Positions 28,214 through 42,841 are shown, counted from the first letter of the stretch. The stretch: DNA of 64,000 bases from Chrysomallon squamiferum (GCA_012295275.1 CM022672.1:2728001-2792000), one strand, 5' to 3'. Notes: generated by a model from the letters alone, not told the origin. Translations and numbers: made by a program.

Positions 28214-28426
28214 TTACGTCAACTGTAGGGATTTTTCTCTCTATTATTTGTAGATTTGTCATTCTTCGATCTAACTGTCAATTTGCTTATGACCTCTTGC
28301 ATTGACAATAAATATAACTTTGCGCATGCTAAGTAACCGAGAACACTGCCTGTTGTAACTATGACGTCATCGAATTGTTTTCAGGCGGAGCTATCGAGTT
28401 TAGTGAGCACATTTATTTTAAAAATA

Positions 28427-28506
<80 letters not shown>

Positions 28507-28756
28507 TACATACTCACATATAGATATAAATACAATTTATTTATATTTATTGCGTAAATAATCAAAGTTTTTTTTGTTTGTTTGTTTTTTGTTTTTTATC
28601 GAGGAACAACGATTGAAACAGTAGTAGGAAGAAGTTGGATATTACTAAACTTGCAAAAGATATTATGAACTGAAAAAGTTAGACATTCAGGTATTTTCTC
28701 AGTTTATTAATAACTGTTTGAAATACTCTGGCTTTGCATGTCGACAGTAACTGATA

Positions 28757-28814
<58 letters not shown>

Positions 28815-31383
28815 TACAAACAAACAATCAGAACAGTATGACGCTTATAATAGACGTCATTCTGAGCTTTCTCGAAGCTCATTTATTTGGGATAGGATCT
28901 AACAATCTAGTGTTTTAAAAACATTACTGAATCTGTTGATGTTTTTGACATCATTGCAAGATTAAGGAATGTACGATTATGCTCGTAATTAAAAAACAAA
29001 TCTAGATTTATCAGTGAAGCGTCTCAAAAACTCGTAAAAACAACAAAGAAAATCACATCTTGGCATTCCCGTACAAACACTTTTTTCTTTCCTGTCTCTG
29101 TATCTTTATCTCTGTCTGTCTTTGTTTCACGCGTCTGTCTGTCGTTATCATTATTTGTCTGTCTGTTTGACAGTCCCTCTGTATCGCTTTCTGTGTATGT
29201 ATGTTCGTATGTATGCATGACGTATGTGTCTATATGTAGATATATATATATATAATTTACCATTTATTATATTCTGGATTAAATATCATTTTCTGAATGC
29301 ACATCATTTCAATTTCTTACAGTGTTTTTTTTAAATTTTGTATATATATATATATATATATATGTATTATGTATTTTATAAAAGATTAAAAAAAAAAGAA
29401 AGAGAAAAGAATGGATCTTGTAACCTAGGTAAGCTATCATAAAGTAACCATCAAAAAAAAAAAAAAAAAAAAAACGAAAGAAAGAAAAGAAAGAATTTTT
29501 TTTTTTAATTTACATACAAACTTTCTGACAATGGTTAATCTTGAATATTTAACAATAATTCATATAACATAGAAAACGAAATTGAAAAAATAATCTAGTT
29601 TCCATGTTTCAGAATTAAAAAAAAAAAAAGAAATAAAAAAAAAAAATCGAAAATGTCCATTTCAAAAACAGTACACCTATGCGAAAAAATAAAGAAATCT
29701 ATACTTCTGAATATTTATTTGCGACTTGCTGTCTTTTACAAGAACCAGCTATAACCAAAGAAGAACTAAGATATGTTTTTTTGTTGTTTTCTTTGCTAAG
29801 TTAATTTTTACGCATTGTGTTTTTTCAGTTTCAGTTTTTGTTCCTTTGGTTCTTTTAACGGGAAATCGTTGCTTCCCGTTAAGTGATTAATCATTTAAGA
29901 ATTCTTCACAATAATGTTCTGTGGCTCGATTAACGATCCCTTTGTCGATCGAGGCACACAAACAACGCACTGCAGAACTGAAGTGTTGAATTATCTACGA
30001 ACTAACGTCATTGATTTTCAGATTCACAAATGATTGCTTCATAAATGCCAGCTAAAAATATATAATCGGATGAAAATAAATGAAAGTAATAACGAAAAGG
30101 TTGGCAGTGAACGGTTCGGGTTCGAGGGTTAATTGTGTGAAGTTTTTCAGTATGTTTGTTGTCAGGTACGTTTTACGAATCAGTAAAATAAAATAAAACA
30201 AAATCACCTACATTATTACATACAGACGACGCAGACGCTCACCTGTATATGATGTAATAATGATGATGATCTGTCTACCTATCTGTCTACCTACAAACAT
30301 AAATGCGTTTATACATATATACAAACATACGTCCATACATACATAAACACACATACATATACACACACACACACACACACATTTACATATATACATACAT
30401 AACATACAAAATATTCATGCACACATGACAACATACATACATACATACATACATACATACATACATACATGCATCATATACATGTACATACACATAAACA
30501 CATTCTCACTGTAGACTGGGCGTGTAAGATTTTGTGTAAAATTATATAATTAGGTTTCACGTTGTTGGCATTTCGTTATACATGCAACACCGTAACAGAA
30601 ATGAACTACATACATTTTTTTTTTTTTTTTTTTTTTTTTCTCTCCGTTTAGAGCAACAAGAACTCACGTAACATGTTAATTAAAGATAATGATAATCAGA
30701 CACGGGAATGCTCACTTGGTCTAATGACGTAAAAAAACCCAAAAACAACAACAACAAAAAGCACGATGTTACTCACTCTCTGTAAACAGCTGCGGTCATT
30801 CAGTACACTATGAACACAATTTCACATTACCATGTGACTCATAACCTTATAAGCTGAAGAGCTGGCAGTAGCCAAAAATTACTGCACTATGCATGACTGA
30901 TCAGAGGATCAAACCGTGACGGTGCCTCTACTTTGTAGCATGTATAAACCTCTTCAGTAATTTTTCCGTTATGTAGATCGTGATATGAATTTTCCCACCT
31001 ATGAGAAGGTGCTGTTAAAATATTCCAGTACCGCTATGTAATAAGTTTACCCCCCGTGAATCGGTTCTCTTGTTTTTTATTGCATAGAAGCCATATTTTT
31101 CTGAACTAGTAGCCAAAATTACGTTGGTTTGAAATATTGTCAGCTATTCGTATCTTTCATGGTTATGTTATATTTTCAACTGTATATGTAAATTTGGAGA
31201 ATGGTTTGGTAAAGAATTAGTAAAACAAAGATGATGATGATGATAATGATAACAAACTGATTATTATGTGTTGTTTATAATAGTGATTATATATGAGATG
31301 ATGAGTAATAATGATGATGATGATAATAATAATTGTAGAAGTATTAATAGCAGTAGTAATAGTAGGAGGAGTAGTAGTAGTAA

Positions 31384-31422
<39 letters not shown>

Positions 31423-31682
31423 CAGCAGTAGTAGTAGTAATAATAATACAGATGTGAAAGTAGCGATGATGAAGATGGTAAGAGGAAAAAGAAGAAGAAG
31501 GTGAAGAAAACAAAAAGAAAAAATATAAAAAAGAAAATGAAGACGATGATGATGGTGGTGATGATGATGTGTGTATAAACTTAGGTCATCCTCAAGTCCA
31601 CCGAATTAACAACAAAATTATAAAAATAATTAACGTGAAATAAAATAAAATAAATAAAAGTTAAAAAATTAAACCAGTTATG

Positions 31683-31744
<62 letters not shown>

Positions 31745-32045
31745 TGATGATGATGATAAATTATAATCAAAGAACTATAAAAATGTTTTATAAAAATACA
31801 TAAAACGTACTTTGAAAAAAATGGAAAAAGAAATGAAGTACATGAATGAAGTATTCGGAAATTTAATTATTAAAATTAAATGAAGATATATTCATAATTA
31901 AAATACACTCAGGCATAATTATAATTCACTGTGCTTTTTCAGTTAGCTTTTAGCAGTCAATTCCTGAGATTTTATATAAATATAGCGGTAAACATGAAGT
32001 ATGGGATGAGAGATATAAGAATGGTTGAGAAAGAGAGATAGAGTC

Positions 32046-32123
<78 letters not shown>

Positions 32124-32213
32124 GATTCTGAAGTAGAAGCCAAATTGGATTCGTGAAGATATAAATAAATAAATAAAAAGTAGAGAGGAACAGCATCTTA
32201 GGGAAATATAACA

Positions 32214-32253
<40 letters not shown>

Positions 32254-32621
32254 ACACCAAAACCCAAGCAAAAATCAAACGTATAGTCGATGCAAATTAA
32301 AAAGTTATCTTGACGGTTTATGCGTGAACAGAACACACTATAAATCAGCTGATGGAATCGGTTGAACTATTAACTGTTTGTTTCAGAACAATCCGTAACG
32401 ATATATATATCATTAACGAGAACGTGTATATCACGTAAAGTGTTTCGTAGAAACAGAAAATATGACATATAAATAATTTATATATTATAACTGTGTGCCT
32501 GCTGCCAGTTCTCAACTGTTATAGTAATTAATAAATAATTAACTTCTGTTTCCTTTTTCATTATTTATTTATATATTATTATTCTTGTGTCCGTGTTGTA
32601 CTTTCATAATTCCTCGAATTC

Positions 32622-32718
<97 letters not shown>

Positions 32719-32825
32719 TAAATTACATATTACTAGTTGCTGTTTATTTTTTTATCTACTGCTTTCAAATAATTATGTATATCTCATTTAGAATAAAATC
32801 TTTGTAATTCGCATACCCAATATTT

Positions 32826-32858
<33 letters not shown>

Positions 32859-33279
32859 ATACATACCTTAAACTTAATCCTCTATCAATAACCAGGCATT
32901 TCCAGTAAATTTCCATCTTGACCAGTTTCATACTTTTCCTGTCTTCAGAAAATTGTAACAGTGTAATTTATATTCCACAGCTCTATAAAAAAAATATAAA
33001 ATAATATAACAAAAACTAAATTAAACTATAATAAAAAATAAAATAAAATAAAAAAAAGGAAGTTAAAAATTAAGAAGGTAACTACAAATAAATTAAAATT
33101 TTAATAATAAAAAATCAAAGAAAACAAAACGTAATTAAGCGAAGAACACGTTGTTACCGTCTAAACGGAAAAAAACAGCCACATTTTCTACGACAGTTAT
33201 TGCTCGTCTTTCCGACACATTAATTTCGTTTCGTTTCATTAGCTTCACGGCAGCAAAGCGCAACACGACTTGAGTAACA

Positions 33280-33400
33280 GTTAAACGGCGCTTGTAGCAG
33301 TCGAGACGCTATTGGTTCAGGCGGGAAAGGAAAGGCGAAGCGAACTGGTCAAGGACGTGGAAATATCGGGACCAATAACAAGATTCCTGTTACGAACTAA
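33280..33400. promoter_or_regulatory. Orphan promoter-like CpG island (CCAAT boxes plus E2F site)
   Basis: ATTGG 33311-33315, GGCGGGAAA 33320-33328 and CCAAT 33372-33376 in a GC/CpG-rich patch. Confidence 0.35.
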
Positions 33401-34276
33401 CGACGGATAGAAAAAACCACAAAAAAAACCAAGATATAAAAAAATGTATTTTCTATCCTTCTTCAAGGTTTTGCCCTGTCTGTTGTTTTTAATCATAAAT
33501 CTTTTTTTCGTTTTTTTGATGGCTTAGATCGCGATCGTCTGCTAACATTTACACTGGAAGTTAATTAGCATGAAAAGGCGACGCCTCAAGTCTGTTGCTG
33601 TTTTTCTGTTTCTCACTGTACAAGTAAGAAGAAACGAGATATAAAAAGACAACGTCTTTACTGTGTTGATGTTCTTGTACCTAACTTTAAATGTGTAAGT
33701 AGAAGTGAGATGCAAAGGTGAAGACAGCGGCTAAATATCTGCCACCAAAATGTATTATTGTATGTAAAACTACGGGTAATAAAATGTTACTTGACGGAAA
33801 GTACCGATGAACATTTGATTCGCCATCCTATGTTATTGCTCCCGTTTTATGACTAGCCTAAAGAAAATTCTATTTTATTTATAAATCTAATATGGATGAA
33901 CTTTTTAAAGATGTTTATTTGGAATTGAAGCTTTTTGTTTTGTTTTGTTTTGTTTTTAAAAGTATCTGCAGCTGTATTAACACAGCTTAACAGGCTAAAC
34001 TAGTAAATATGCAGTTTTAAGAATCTATACATTTCCAAATCACTGTTACTTTTGGTTTTATTTAACGTCCAGTTTTTACTGGGGGGGGGGGAATCAAGCC
34101 TTTATAAAAAAAAGTTTTTTTAAAATTAATATATATATATTAATATTAATAATATTGGAGAGAGACAAATTTTATTTCTAAACATTCATTCATTCAAAAA
34201 AGTACTGCACAGCATAACCAGAAATACAAAGATATGTACATACACATACATATACATACATAATACATACACATAC

Positions 34277-34307
<31 letters not shown>

Positions 34308-34313
34308 CACTAT

Positions 34314-34357
<44 letters not shown>

Positions 34358-34788
34358 CTGATTCATTATTTGATTAAAAAACGATTGAGTTACAAGAACA
34401 TTTGTGAAACAATCCAAAATCGCTGGATTTTTCTGCAAATTTGTATTCCAAAGAAAATATCATGATAGGATTTGCAGAACTAAGACTTGTAAAATAACAC
34501 AGACTAAAACGTAATAAAACTTGTTGATAAATTCTTTACATAAAACTGATGTGGTACATTTGCATCCAGCTGAGAAAAGTGTCTTATTGCTGAAAGCTTT
34601 GTAACGGGCTTCACGTCGGTGGTAAAAATATAAATTGCTTTCAGTGTTTAATGATACGCTGATATATCTATATCTATAACTCTCTGTATCGATATCTATC
34701 TATATAGCTATCTGTGTATCTATGTATCCAGATACACACATATTCACATAGATAGTTACCTATGTAAGATAATAATTTTTTTTTTAAT

Positions 34789-34876
34789 GTTATATAAGTA
34801 ATGCTAATAGAAAAGATAATATTCTTTTTGTACATCAGTCGAAAATAATACTAGTTAAAAAGATAATGTTCGATAA
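34789..34876 (+). repeat. ~90-bp dispersed repeat, copy 1
   Basis: AGTAATGCTAAT.GAAAAGAT.ATATT...CTAGTT.AAAAGATAATGTTCGATA shared with 41811-41900. Confidence 0.8.
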
Positions 34877-34940
34877 TATCTATCTGTCTATATATATATA
34901 TGTATATATATCTGTCAATCTATTTATCAGTGTGTATATA

Positions 34941-35663
34941 CAGTATTCCCTCGCTATTCGCGGGGGTTACGTTCTTTACCCCCCCGCAAATAGCGAAAAA
35001 CCGCGAATATTGGATGCAGTTTCAAAACGTCTATTATGAGATTATATACGGTACTAAATGCTTCCCAAACACTTTCTAAAGACACTCTTACTCATTAATA
35101 CAGTAATAATGTAGTAATATTGCATGCAGTTATGTATTTCATTAATGTAGTAATGATAATGTAAACACATTTTAATTTTGTACTGAAACAGTATTTTAAT
35201 CAGAAAGAAACGTAAGTACAGGAGGACAGTAACACCACATAGCATAGTTACCCATACTGTATTACTGTACCGTAAAGTCATTTTCTATGCGTACAACATA
35301 TGTATTAGAATTGACAGAAAGTGGAACAAATTTAAAGGCAAACAGACAGATAAACACAGTATGTACAGTTCAGGTAATAATAATACAATTCAGTAATAAT
35401 ATGCAATTAAAAACATTATTAATATACGGTCACAAAAAATATGCACTGTACATACAGTGTATGCATTTATAAAAAAATACGTACTGTATTGCAATAATAA
35501 TTGAAAAAAATTGATATTGTTTGTGCGCTTTACCGAGCATTTGTTTTTATGACGTTATGACGCTCGCCTGGTATACCAGCATACGATGCGATAGGGTTAA
35601 GAGCCTAACCCGCGAATATGCGGGGCCGCGAATGGGGAACCGCGAACAGGTGAGGGTATACTG
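34941..35663. mobile_element. Non-autonomous Tc1/mariner-superfamily (Tigger/pogo-like) DNA transposon, ~720 bp
   Basis: TA on both flanks (34939-40, 35664-65). The left end CAGTATTCCCTCGCTATTCGCGG and the reverse complement of the right end CAGTATACCCTCACCTGTTCGCGG form terminal inverted repeats. Subterminal CCGCGAA repeats, AT-rich interior, no transposase ORF. Confidence 0.85.
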
Positions 35664-35716
35664 TATATATATACACACACACATACACACACACAAATAC
35701 GTTCATACACAAACAC

Positions 35717-35804
<88 letters not shown>

Positions 35805-36424
35805 TTCCCCGTTACATACGTACAGACAACATATACATACACATACAGACATAACTAACAAACGAGGCAACAAAAGACAACAATACTTCCTCGAAGACGT
35901 TTTTCCTCCCAGTTTACTATAAGTAAGATCATCTAAAAAGCTGCGGATCACTGACCCATTAACAAGTTGTTAAATTAATGATGTATTAGTATGCATTGGC
36001 TGGCTTAAAAACTCTGCCCGGACTAGGGAGGCTCGAGACTTTAGAAGAGAGAGCTAATCGATTCTATTGGAAAAATAGAAGACTGGGTTTCCTACGTGTT
36101 GAGCTACACATTAAGGGTGAAGGCTAGGGGAGGGGTCCGCATGTTCATACTGATGTTCACGCTCGTTTGTAACGAGAATGCTCCAGATTACTGAAGTGTA
36201 GTTAAAGGTTAGAAGCTGACTGCATGTCGTATGTATAGCAAATGTGTGTATACTGAGATGATTGTTATTTAGGTTATTTACGGATATTGTATCCAAAGAT
36301 GTGCTATCCAAATTTGTGTAACTGTTTTACAGTCAACAACTTGTTCAGATTACAGACTTGTCAAACGAAAAAACTTTAGATTTTCAATTTAAATTCTAGA
36401 ATTTAGTGTTGAACTGAAATATAT

Positions 36425-36568
36425 TGTTACTACTCCTACTATTACTACTACTACTACAACTACTACTACTACTACTACTACTACTATTACTACTACTACT
36501 ACTGCCACTACTACTACCAACATTACCACTATTATTACTGCTACTAATATCAGTACTATTGCTACGAG

Positions 36569-36603
<35 letters not shown>

Positions 36604-36921
36604 TTGCTACTAGTTCAACTAATGCTATTGCTACTGTTACTACCGTACTACTTCTGTCGCACGCGCTGCTAGAACTAATTACATTCAAGATTTAGATTGG
36701 AATTGAAAATGCATCTGAATATTATAAAAATTATTTTAATAAACCAACAACTGGTAGTTCAAGACGAGAGAAAAAGTAATATGTCAACTGATTAGTTATA
36801 ACCTCAAACTGAATCCATAACAGTGGTTTACTGAACCATTTCTATAAAAATTAAGTAGCTAAATTAATGTTTGTATATAGAAATTCAGGCCTAGTTCTGT
36901 CAGTGGTACTAGTGATAGTTA

Positions 36922-36966
<45 letters not shown>

Positions 36967-36990
36967 CAGCAGCAGCAGTAGAAGAAGAAG
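36425..36990 (-). repeat. Dispersed ~200-bp repeat (core 36678-36880) flanked by (CTA)n and (TAG)n, copy B, inverted
   Basis: Reverse-complement match to 9716-9915. Confidence 0.85.
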
Positions 36991-37318
36991 TATAATAATA
37001 TAATATAATATTAGAGATTTGTCAGTTGTAGTTTTAGTTTTAAAAACATTTTGTATTAGAATTCCTCTGACTGGCACCAGACTACAAATCGTCTCTTGTA
37101 AAAGACTAATTCATATTACTCTCTTTTGAAATTACCCATCGATCATCTAGTATGTATTCATTTATCTCTGTGCTGAAATGAAATCCACTGATCCAATGAT
37201 GATGATGGTCATGATAATGATGATAACAATAATAATAACAATAAACTACGACTAGGACTGCTTTTTCTATTATACTACTGTTAGTATTTTGCGACAGCTA
37301 CGATTACTGTTACTACTA

Positions 37319-37664
37319 TTACTACACCAATAGCCCTACCACTACCAATACTACTACCACCACCACTACTACTACCACCGCTACTACTATCCTACTACTA
37401 CTACTCATACTCATACTACTACTACCACTACTACTACTACTCATACTACTACTACTACTATCCTACTACTACTACCACTACTACTACTACTACTACTATC
37501 CTACTACTACTACCACTACTACCACTACTACTACTACTACTCATACTTCTACTACTACTACTACTACCACTACTACTACTACTACTACTACTAGTAAAAT
37601 CAAATCAAAGCAAAGCAAATTCATCTAGATCTGAACAGTTCGCTCCATCACTACCACTACTATC

Positions 37665-37731
<67 letters not shown>

Positions 37732-37864
37732 TCATACTCATACTACTACTACTACCACTACTACTCCTACTCCTGCTATTACTACTACAAGTCAAATCAA
37801 ATCAAAGCTAAGCAATTCAAATCAAAGCAAAGCAAATACATCTAGATGTGAACAGTTCGCTCTC
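37319..37864. repeat. Compound (CTA/CCA)n array with two embedded copies of a ~50-bp unit
   Basis: CAAATCAAAGCAAAGCAAAT.CATCTAGAT.TGAACAGTTCGCTC at ~37601 and ~37818, separated by (CTA)n. Confidence 0.85.
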
Positions 37865-38908
37865 CCTGGTTCAGACTGCAGCATGCTCCTGTAAACGATA
37901 GCTTACACGGAACGTTTCAGCACGTTAAGCCTGCTTATTAAATATGTCTGAGGCATTACTGTGGACGATAGTTTCATGTATACTGATCAGAGGGATTTTC
38001 TGAAGTGACAGAGCGTTCGACTCGGTTCAGAAAGGCCGCGATCTTTGTATGTTAGCCAATCACTTCCATTTATTTACAAACACAAGAAGATGTCGAAGAA
38101 GTAGAAACTCTTGGAACGAAGCTGCTACAAGATGCATGTCTGACTGGAATTAAAGTTCATGCATTGGAACAAAACACACACACACATACACACACACACA
38201 CACAACACACACTCACATACACACAACACACACACACATACTAACACACACACATATACACATACACGTACAAAAACACACACACCACACACATACCATA
38301 CAACAAGAACAACAAAAATACTATTTTACTGTCTAACTGACTGAATTACTGATATACCCACACAATATGACTGATATAACGAATCATAGACTAGATTAAC
38401 TGATTAACTTGCATAGACAAACACTAACAGATGACTTATGAATTATTAGTGATGACTTTTCTGATTTCACACACAAAGTATACTGATTCATCGAATCAGA
38501 GAATACTGTATTGAATAATTTATTGATAAAACACATACACACAAAGTTTATTAAATCACTAATTATTATACACAGTTATTTACTTATTTCACATATATAC
38601 AGTAGACTATTAAGATTCGTACTAATTCGACATATCTCCACAAACATCACTAATTCATCATATTACTGACTAGTACTACACTGAAAGATTTACTGATATC
38701 ATTACTGGCTAGTTTAGTGAATGACTTGCTGATAATATATATACCCAAAACAGTTGACTGATTCATACCATTAATGACTAGTTTTCTGATTCGTTTACTA
38801 ACTCACTAACTGCACATAAAGGCACAACTTACTGGTTGCAAACACACAAAGTAATACAGCGAACCACTGACAAGTTTACTGATTGAATACCGATAGAATG
38901 ACTCCATG

Positions 38909-38948
38909 AATAATAATAATAATAATAATAACAATAACAATAATAATA

Positions 38949-39012
<64 letters not shown>

Positions 39013-39026
39013 TAATAATAATAGTA

Positions 39027-39057
<31 letters not shown>

Positions 39058-39100
39058 TAGTAATAGTAATAGTAATAATAATAATCATAATAATCATAAC

Positions 39101-39161
<61 letters not shown>

Positions 39162-39200
39162 GTAATAGTAATAATAATAATAACAATAATAATAATAGTA

Positions 39201-39268
<68 letters not shown>
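38909..39268. repeat. Long (AAT)n microsatellite
   Basis: ~360 bp of AAT with AGT/AAC/CAT variants; others at ~13198-13268, 13358-13488, 42741-42972 and 43914-44180. Confidence 0.98.
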
Positions 39269-39419
39269 TTTAATAATAGTTTATAACATTAACGACGACA
39301 CCAACAGCGATGTTAATATTATTCATTTTGACATCTAGAACGATAATAAACACTATATCTATCTATTTATTATATTATATAATTAGATAACAACAACAAA
39401 GGCAACAACGACAACAACG

Positions 39420-39457
<38 letters not shown>

Positions 39458-39630
39458 AATAATAATAATAATAATAATAATATGCACTTCTTTCGTTGAT
39501 TCTTTCAACTAAAATATCTATCCTACCGACAGAACATAATACTGAACAATATCTGTTTAACTACCATTATTTTTTGCTATATATATATATATATATATAA
39601 ATTTATCTTTTAAATTAGCATTATTTAAAA

Positions 39631-40040
39631 AATGTACGGATATACTTATAACAACAACAACAATAATAAAACTGTACGGATATAATTATGATGACAACAA
39701 CAACAACAATAATAAAACTGTACGGATATAATTGTGATGCCAACAACAACAACAATAATAAAACTGTACGGATATAACTGTGATGCCAACAACAACAACA
39801 ATAATAAAACTGTACGGATATAACTGTGATGCCAACAACAACAACAACAATAATAAAACTGTACGGATATAATTACGATGACAACAACAACAAAAATAAA
39901 GCTTTGCGGATATAATTATAATGACAACAACAAGAACAATAATAAAACTGTACGGATATAATTACGATGGCAACAACAACAAGAACAATAATAAAACTGT
40001 ACGGATATAATTCCGATGACGACGACAACAAAAACAATAA
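39631..40040. repeat. Minisatellite, ~46-bp unit, ~9 copies
   Basis: Unit AATAATAAAACTGTACGGATATAA(T/C)T(A/G)TGATG(A/C)CAACAACAACAAC with variable (AAC)n length. Confidence 0.95.
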
Positions 40041-40405
40041 ACAGCTGGTAATAAATTACGTCATGAACTTACAGTACAAAGCGTATCTGTAAACAATACC
40101 TTAAAGAAGGCAAGTCGTAATTCGTCGACCCAACCAACACACAACAAAAGACGACCGTTATCTCAAATTGCCTTTCGATAAAAATCGGGTCGTGCACGGA
40201 TAATGTCCAAACAAACGGAGAAATCTTGGCTTGTCCCGAATGACAGAATGAGACCGGTTTTCATTCCAAATTACACTTCCAATCTATGGCAAACTACGTC
40301 TATAATCGCATTGCAAGATGAATATTTTTCTCCTCCGGATTAATCTCGCTGTATGTAAGCAATGAGTCTTCGTCCAGATTTGATGAACAGATAAAAGGCA
40401 AGATC

Positions 40406-40436
<31 letters not shown>

Positions 40437-40745
40437 AAACAAATGAAAGCCTAACGACACCTCCGGTAAACAGGACGACTGTGTGAATGAATGAATGAAA
40501 ATATTAAGATGTAAGATTGGAGAAAAATGAATGTTAAACGACATACCAAGAATCAAAGATGAACGAATGAATGATAATGAACAAATTATTGAACGAAATG
40601 TAAAAAAAAAAAAAAAAAAATGAATGAAAGAATAAAATAATATATATAACAAGGACTGAAAGGCTGGAGATAACCTTATAAAATACATAAATGAATAAAC
40701 GAATTAGAAACGTATTGAAAACATTAGGGATATTAGTTAATGTTT

Positions 40746-40798
<53 letters not shown>

Positions 40799-40799
40799 G

Positions 40800-40833
<34 letters not shown>

Positions 40834-41065
40834 AACCATTATAGAAGATTAATTAATAAATGAAAATCAGAAGAGAACTGATGAAAACAGGAAAAAAGCA
40901 TCCGCCCTTGTAAGTACTGGTTAGAAAACGAATTAATATCATATCTGTAAGTCTAAATCTGTCCTGCAAAGTTTAACGACCCAAGAGCTTTAGTCTCTGA
41001 TTTTCAGGTATCAAGGCCGTCTAAATATAATGGGAATTCTGTGTGAGTGCGCGTGGGTGTGGGTG

Positions 41066-41170
<105 letters not shown>

Positions 41171-41810
41171 AAAAGACAGATGGGTAATTTGAGAGAAGCT
41201 ATTGTGATGACTGTGAAGAATTAAGCTGAATTTTATTAAAGCAATTTATTTGCTGCTACGATCGGAGAGAACAAAACTGACTGTGATGAACTTGTGCACG
41301 TTGATTCGTTTCACGATACAGTTAACATAACCAGCCGCCGAAAATAGCCAGGTTTCCATGCGACTGTAATTAACAGGAAATTAGTCATATTAAACTTTCA
41401 CGATTTTAATATTATTTTGCAAAAGACATCAAAGACATGCCGTGTGGTGAGTTCCCTGAATGCGTACATTTCTGTGTATGAAATAACGCATTTATAAAAT
41501 ATCACAATTCTTTTAATCCCACAGTATTATTGATATAGGCCTACTTTATTATTAACAAAAATTGGTCTCCAGGTACCAATAAAATAGGATGGAATAAATG
41601 AATAGAAAAAAAGAAGAAAAAAGAATGATATTTACGGTCGATTTTATAAAACTAAAAATAATGTAAAGTTAAAAAGTTTCTGATTATAATATATCTAAAA
41701 TATGTACCCGAAAATAATACCAGTTAAAAAGACAATAAAAATGTTTTATATTAGAAATAATGCTTGCTGAAAAAACAATATTTTTTTTTTTTTTTGGCGG
41801 GGGTGGGTAT

Positions 41811-41900
41811 GTTACATAAGAGTAATGCTAATTGAAAAGATGATATTATTTTTATATATCAGACGACAATAATGCTAGTTTAAAAGATAATGTTCGATAT
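41811..41900 (+). repeat. ~90-bp dispersed repeat, copy 2
   Basis: Direct match to 34789-34876. Confidence 0.8.
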
Positions 41901-42164
41901 AATGTTCTGTTGGTTAGAAATCGATTTTAGTTGAAAGATTCAAGGAAAGAAGAAGTGCGTGTCTTAAAATAAGACTGAAAGACTAGTAAGCAACGGCAAG
42001 ATAAGAAATAGTAGGAGCGAGAGAGAAAAAAAAAGACGAAAAGAATGAAAATAAATGAAGAATGCGGTAAATGAAAGAACAGAGGGTGATCTGGGGAGAA
42101 AAAGTAAAAATATCGCAAAGAGATTCCGAGTGAGATAAAGTATGAGAGGGACAGTAAGTGACTC

Positions 42165-42240
<76 letters not shown>

Positions 42241-42739
42241 GAATCAACGATAGAAAGAAAAATACGAAACAGAAAAAAACAAAGAGACAAAAACAGCATC
42301 AGTCACCCAGACAGTAACAGTGTTAACTTTATCTAATTGACCAAACGTCACGGACTCCGCAGTAATTGTTAGTGACCCGAACAACACGCTGCGGATTTCG
42401 TCTTTACGTCACTTAGGTCCTCGTATTTCCAGACACTCCACAAACCGACAGACGGCTCCGACGTTTTCTTAATAACCAGCAAGCAAATTGGGTTAGAAGA
42501 ACGAGAGACAAGGCGAGAGGACTGCGCTGATCAATAATCATTTAAAAAGCATTTTCTTATAAGCACGGACGTAGACAAAACACAGCTGTTAGTGAATAAA
42601 TGTCGGGTATTAGTGCGCCGTCCGCTACAACTTTTCTGATAACCGCGTGTTTCACGTGATAGGTTTCACGAGTACCCAGTCAGAACCGACCAGCCGATAA
42701 AACGATGTGTGATAAGAAAGTTGAAATACTGATTCGTTT

Positions 42740-42797
<58 letters not shown>

Positions 42798-42807
42798 TGA
42801 TGATAGT

Positions 42808-42841
<34 letters not shown>

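Noticed and set aside
39631-40040. CRISPR-like appearance of the 46-bp array
   Set aside because: No unique spacers, eukaryotic context and no cas genes; it is an ordinary minisatellite.
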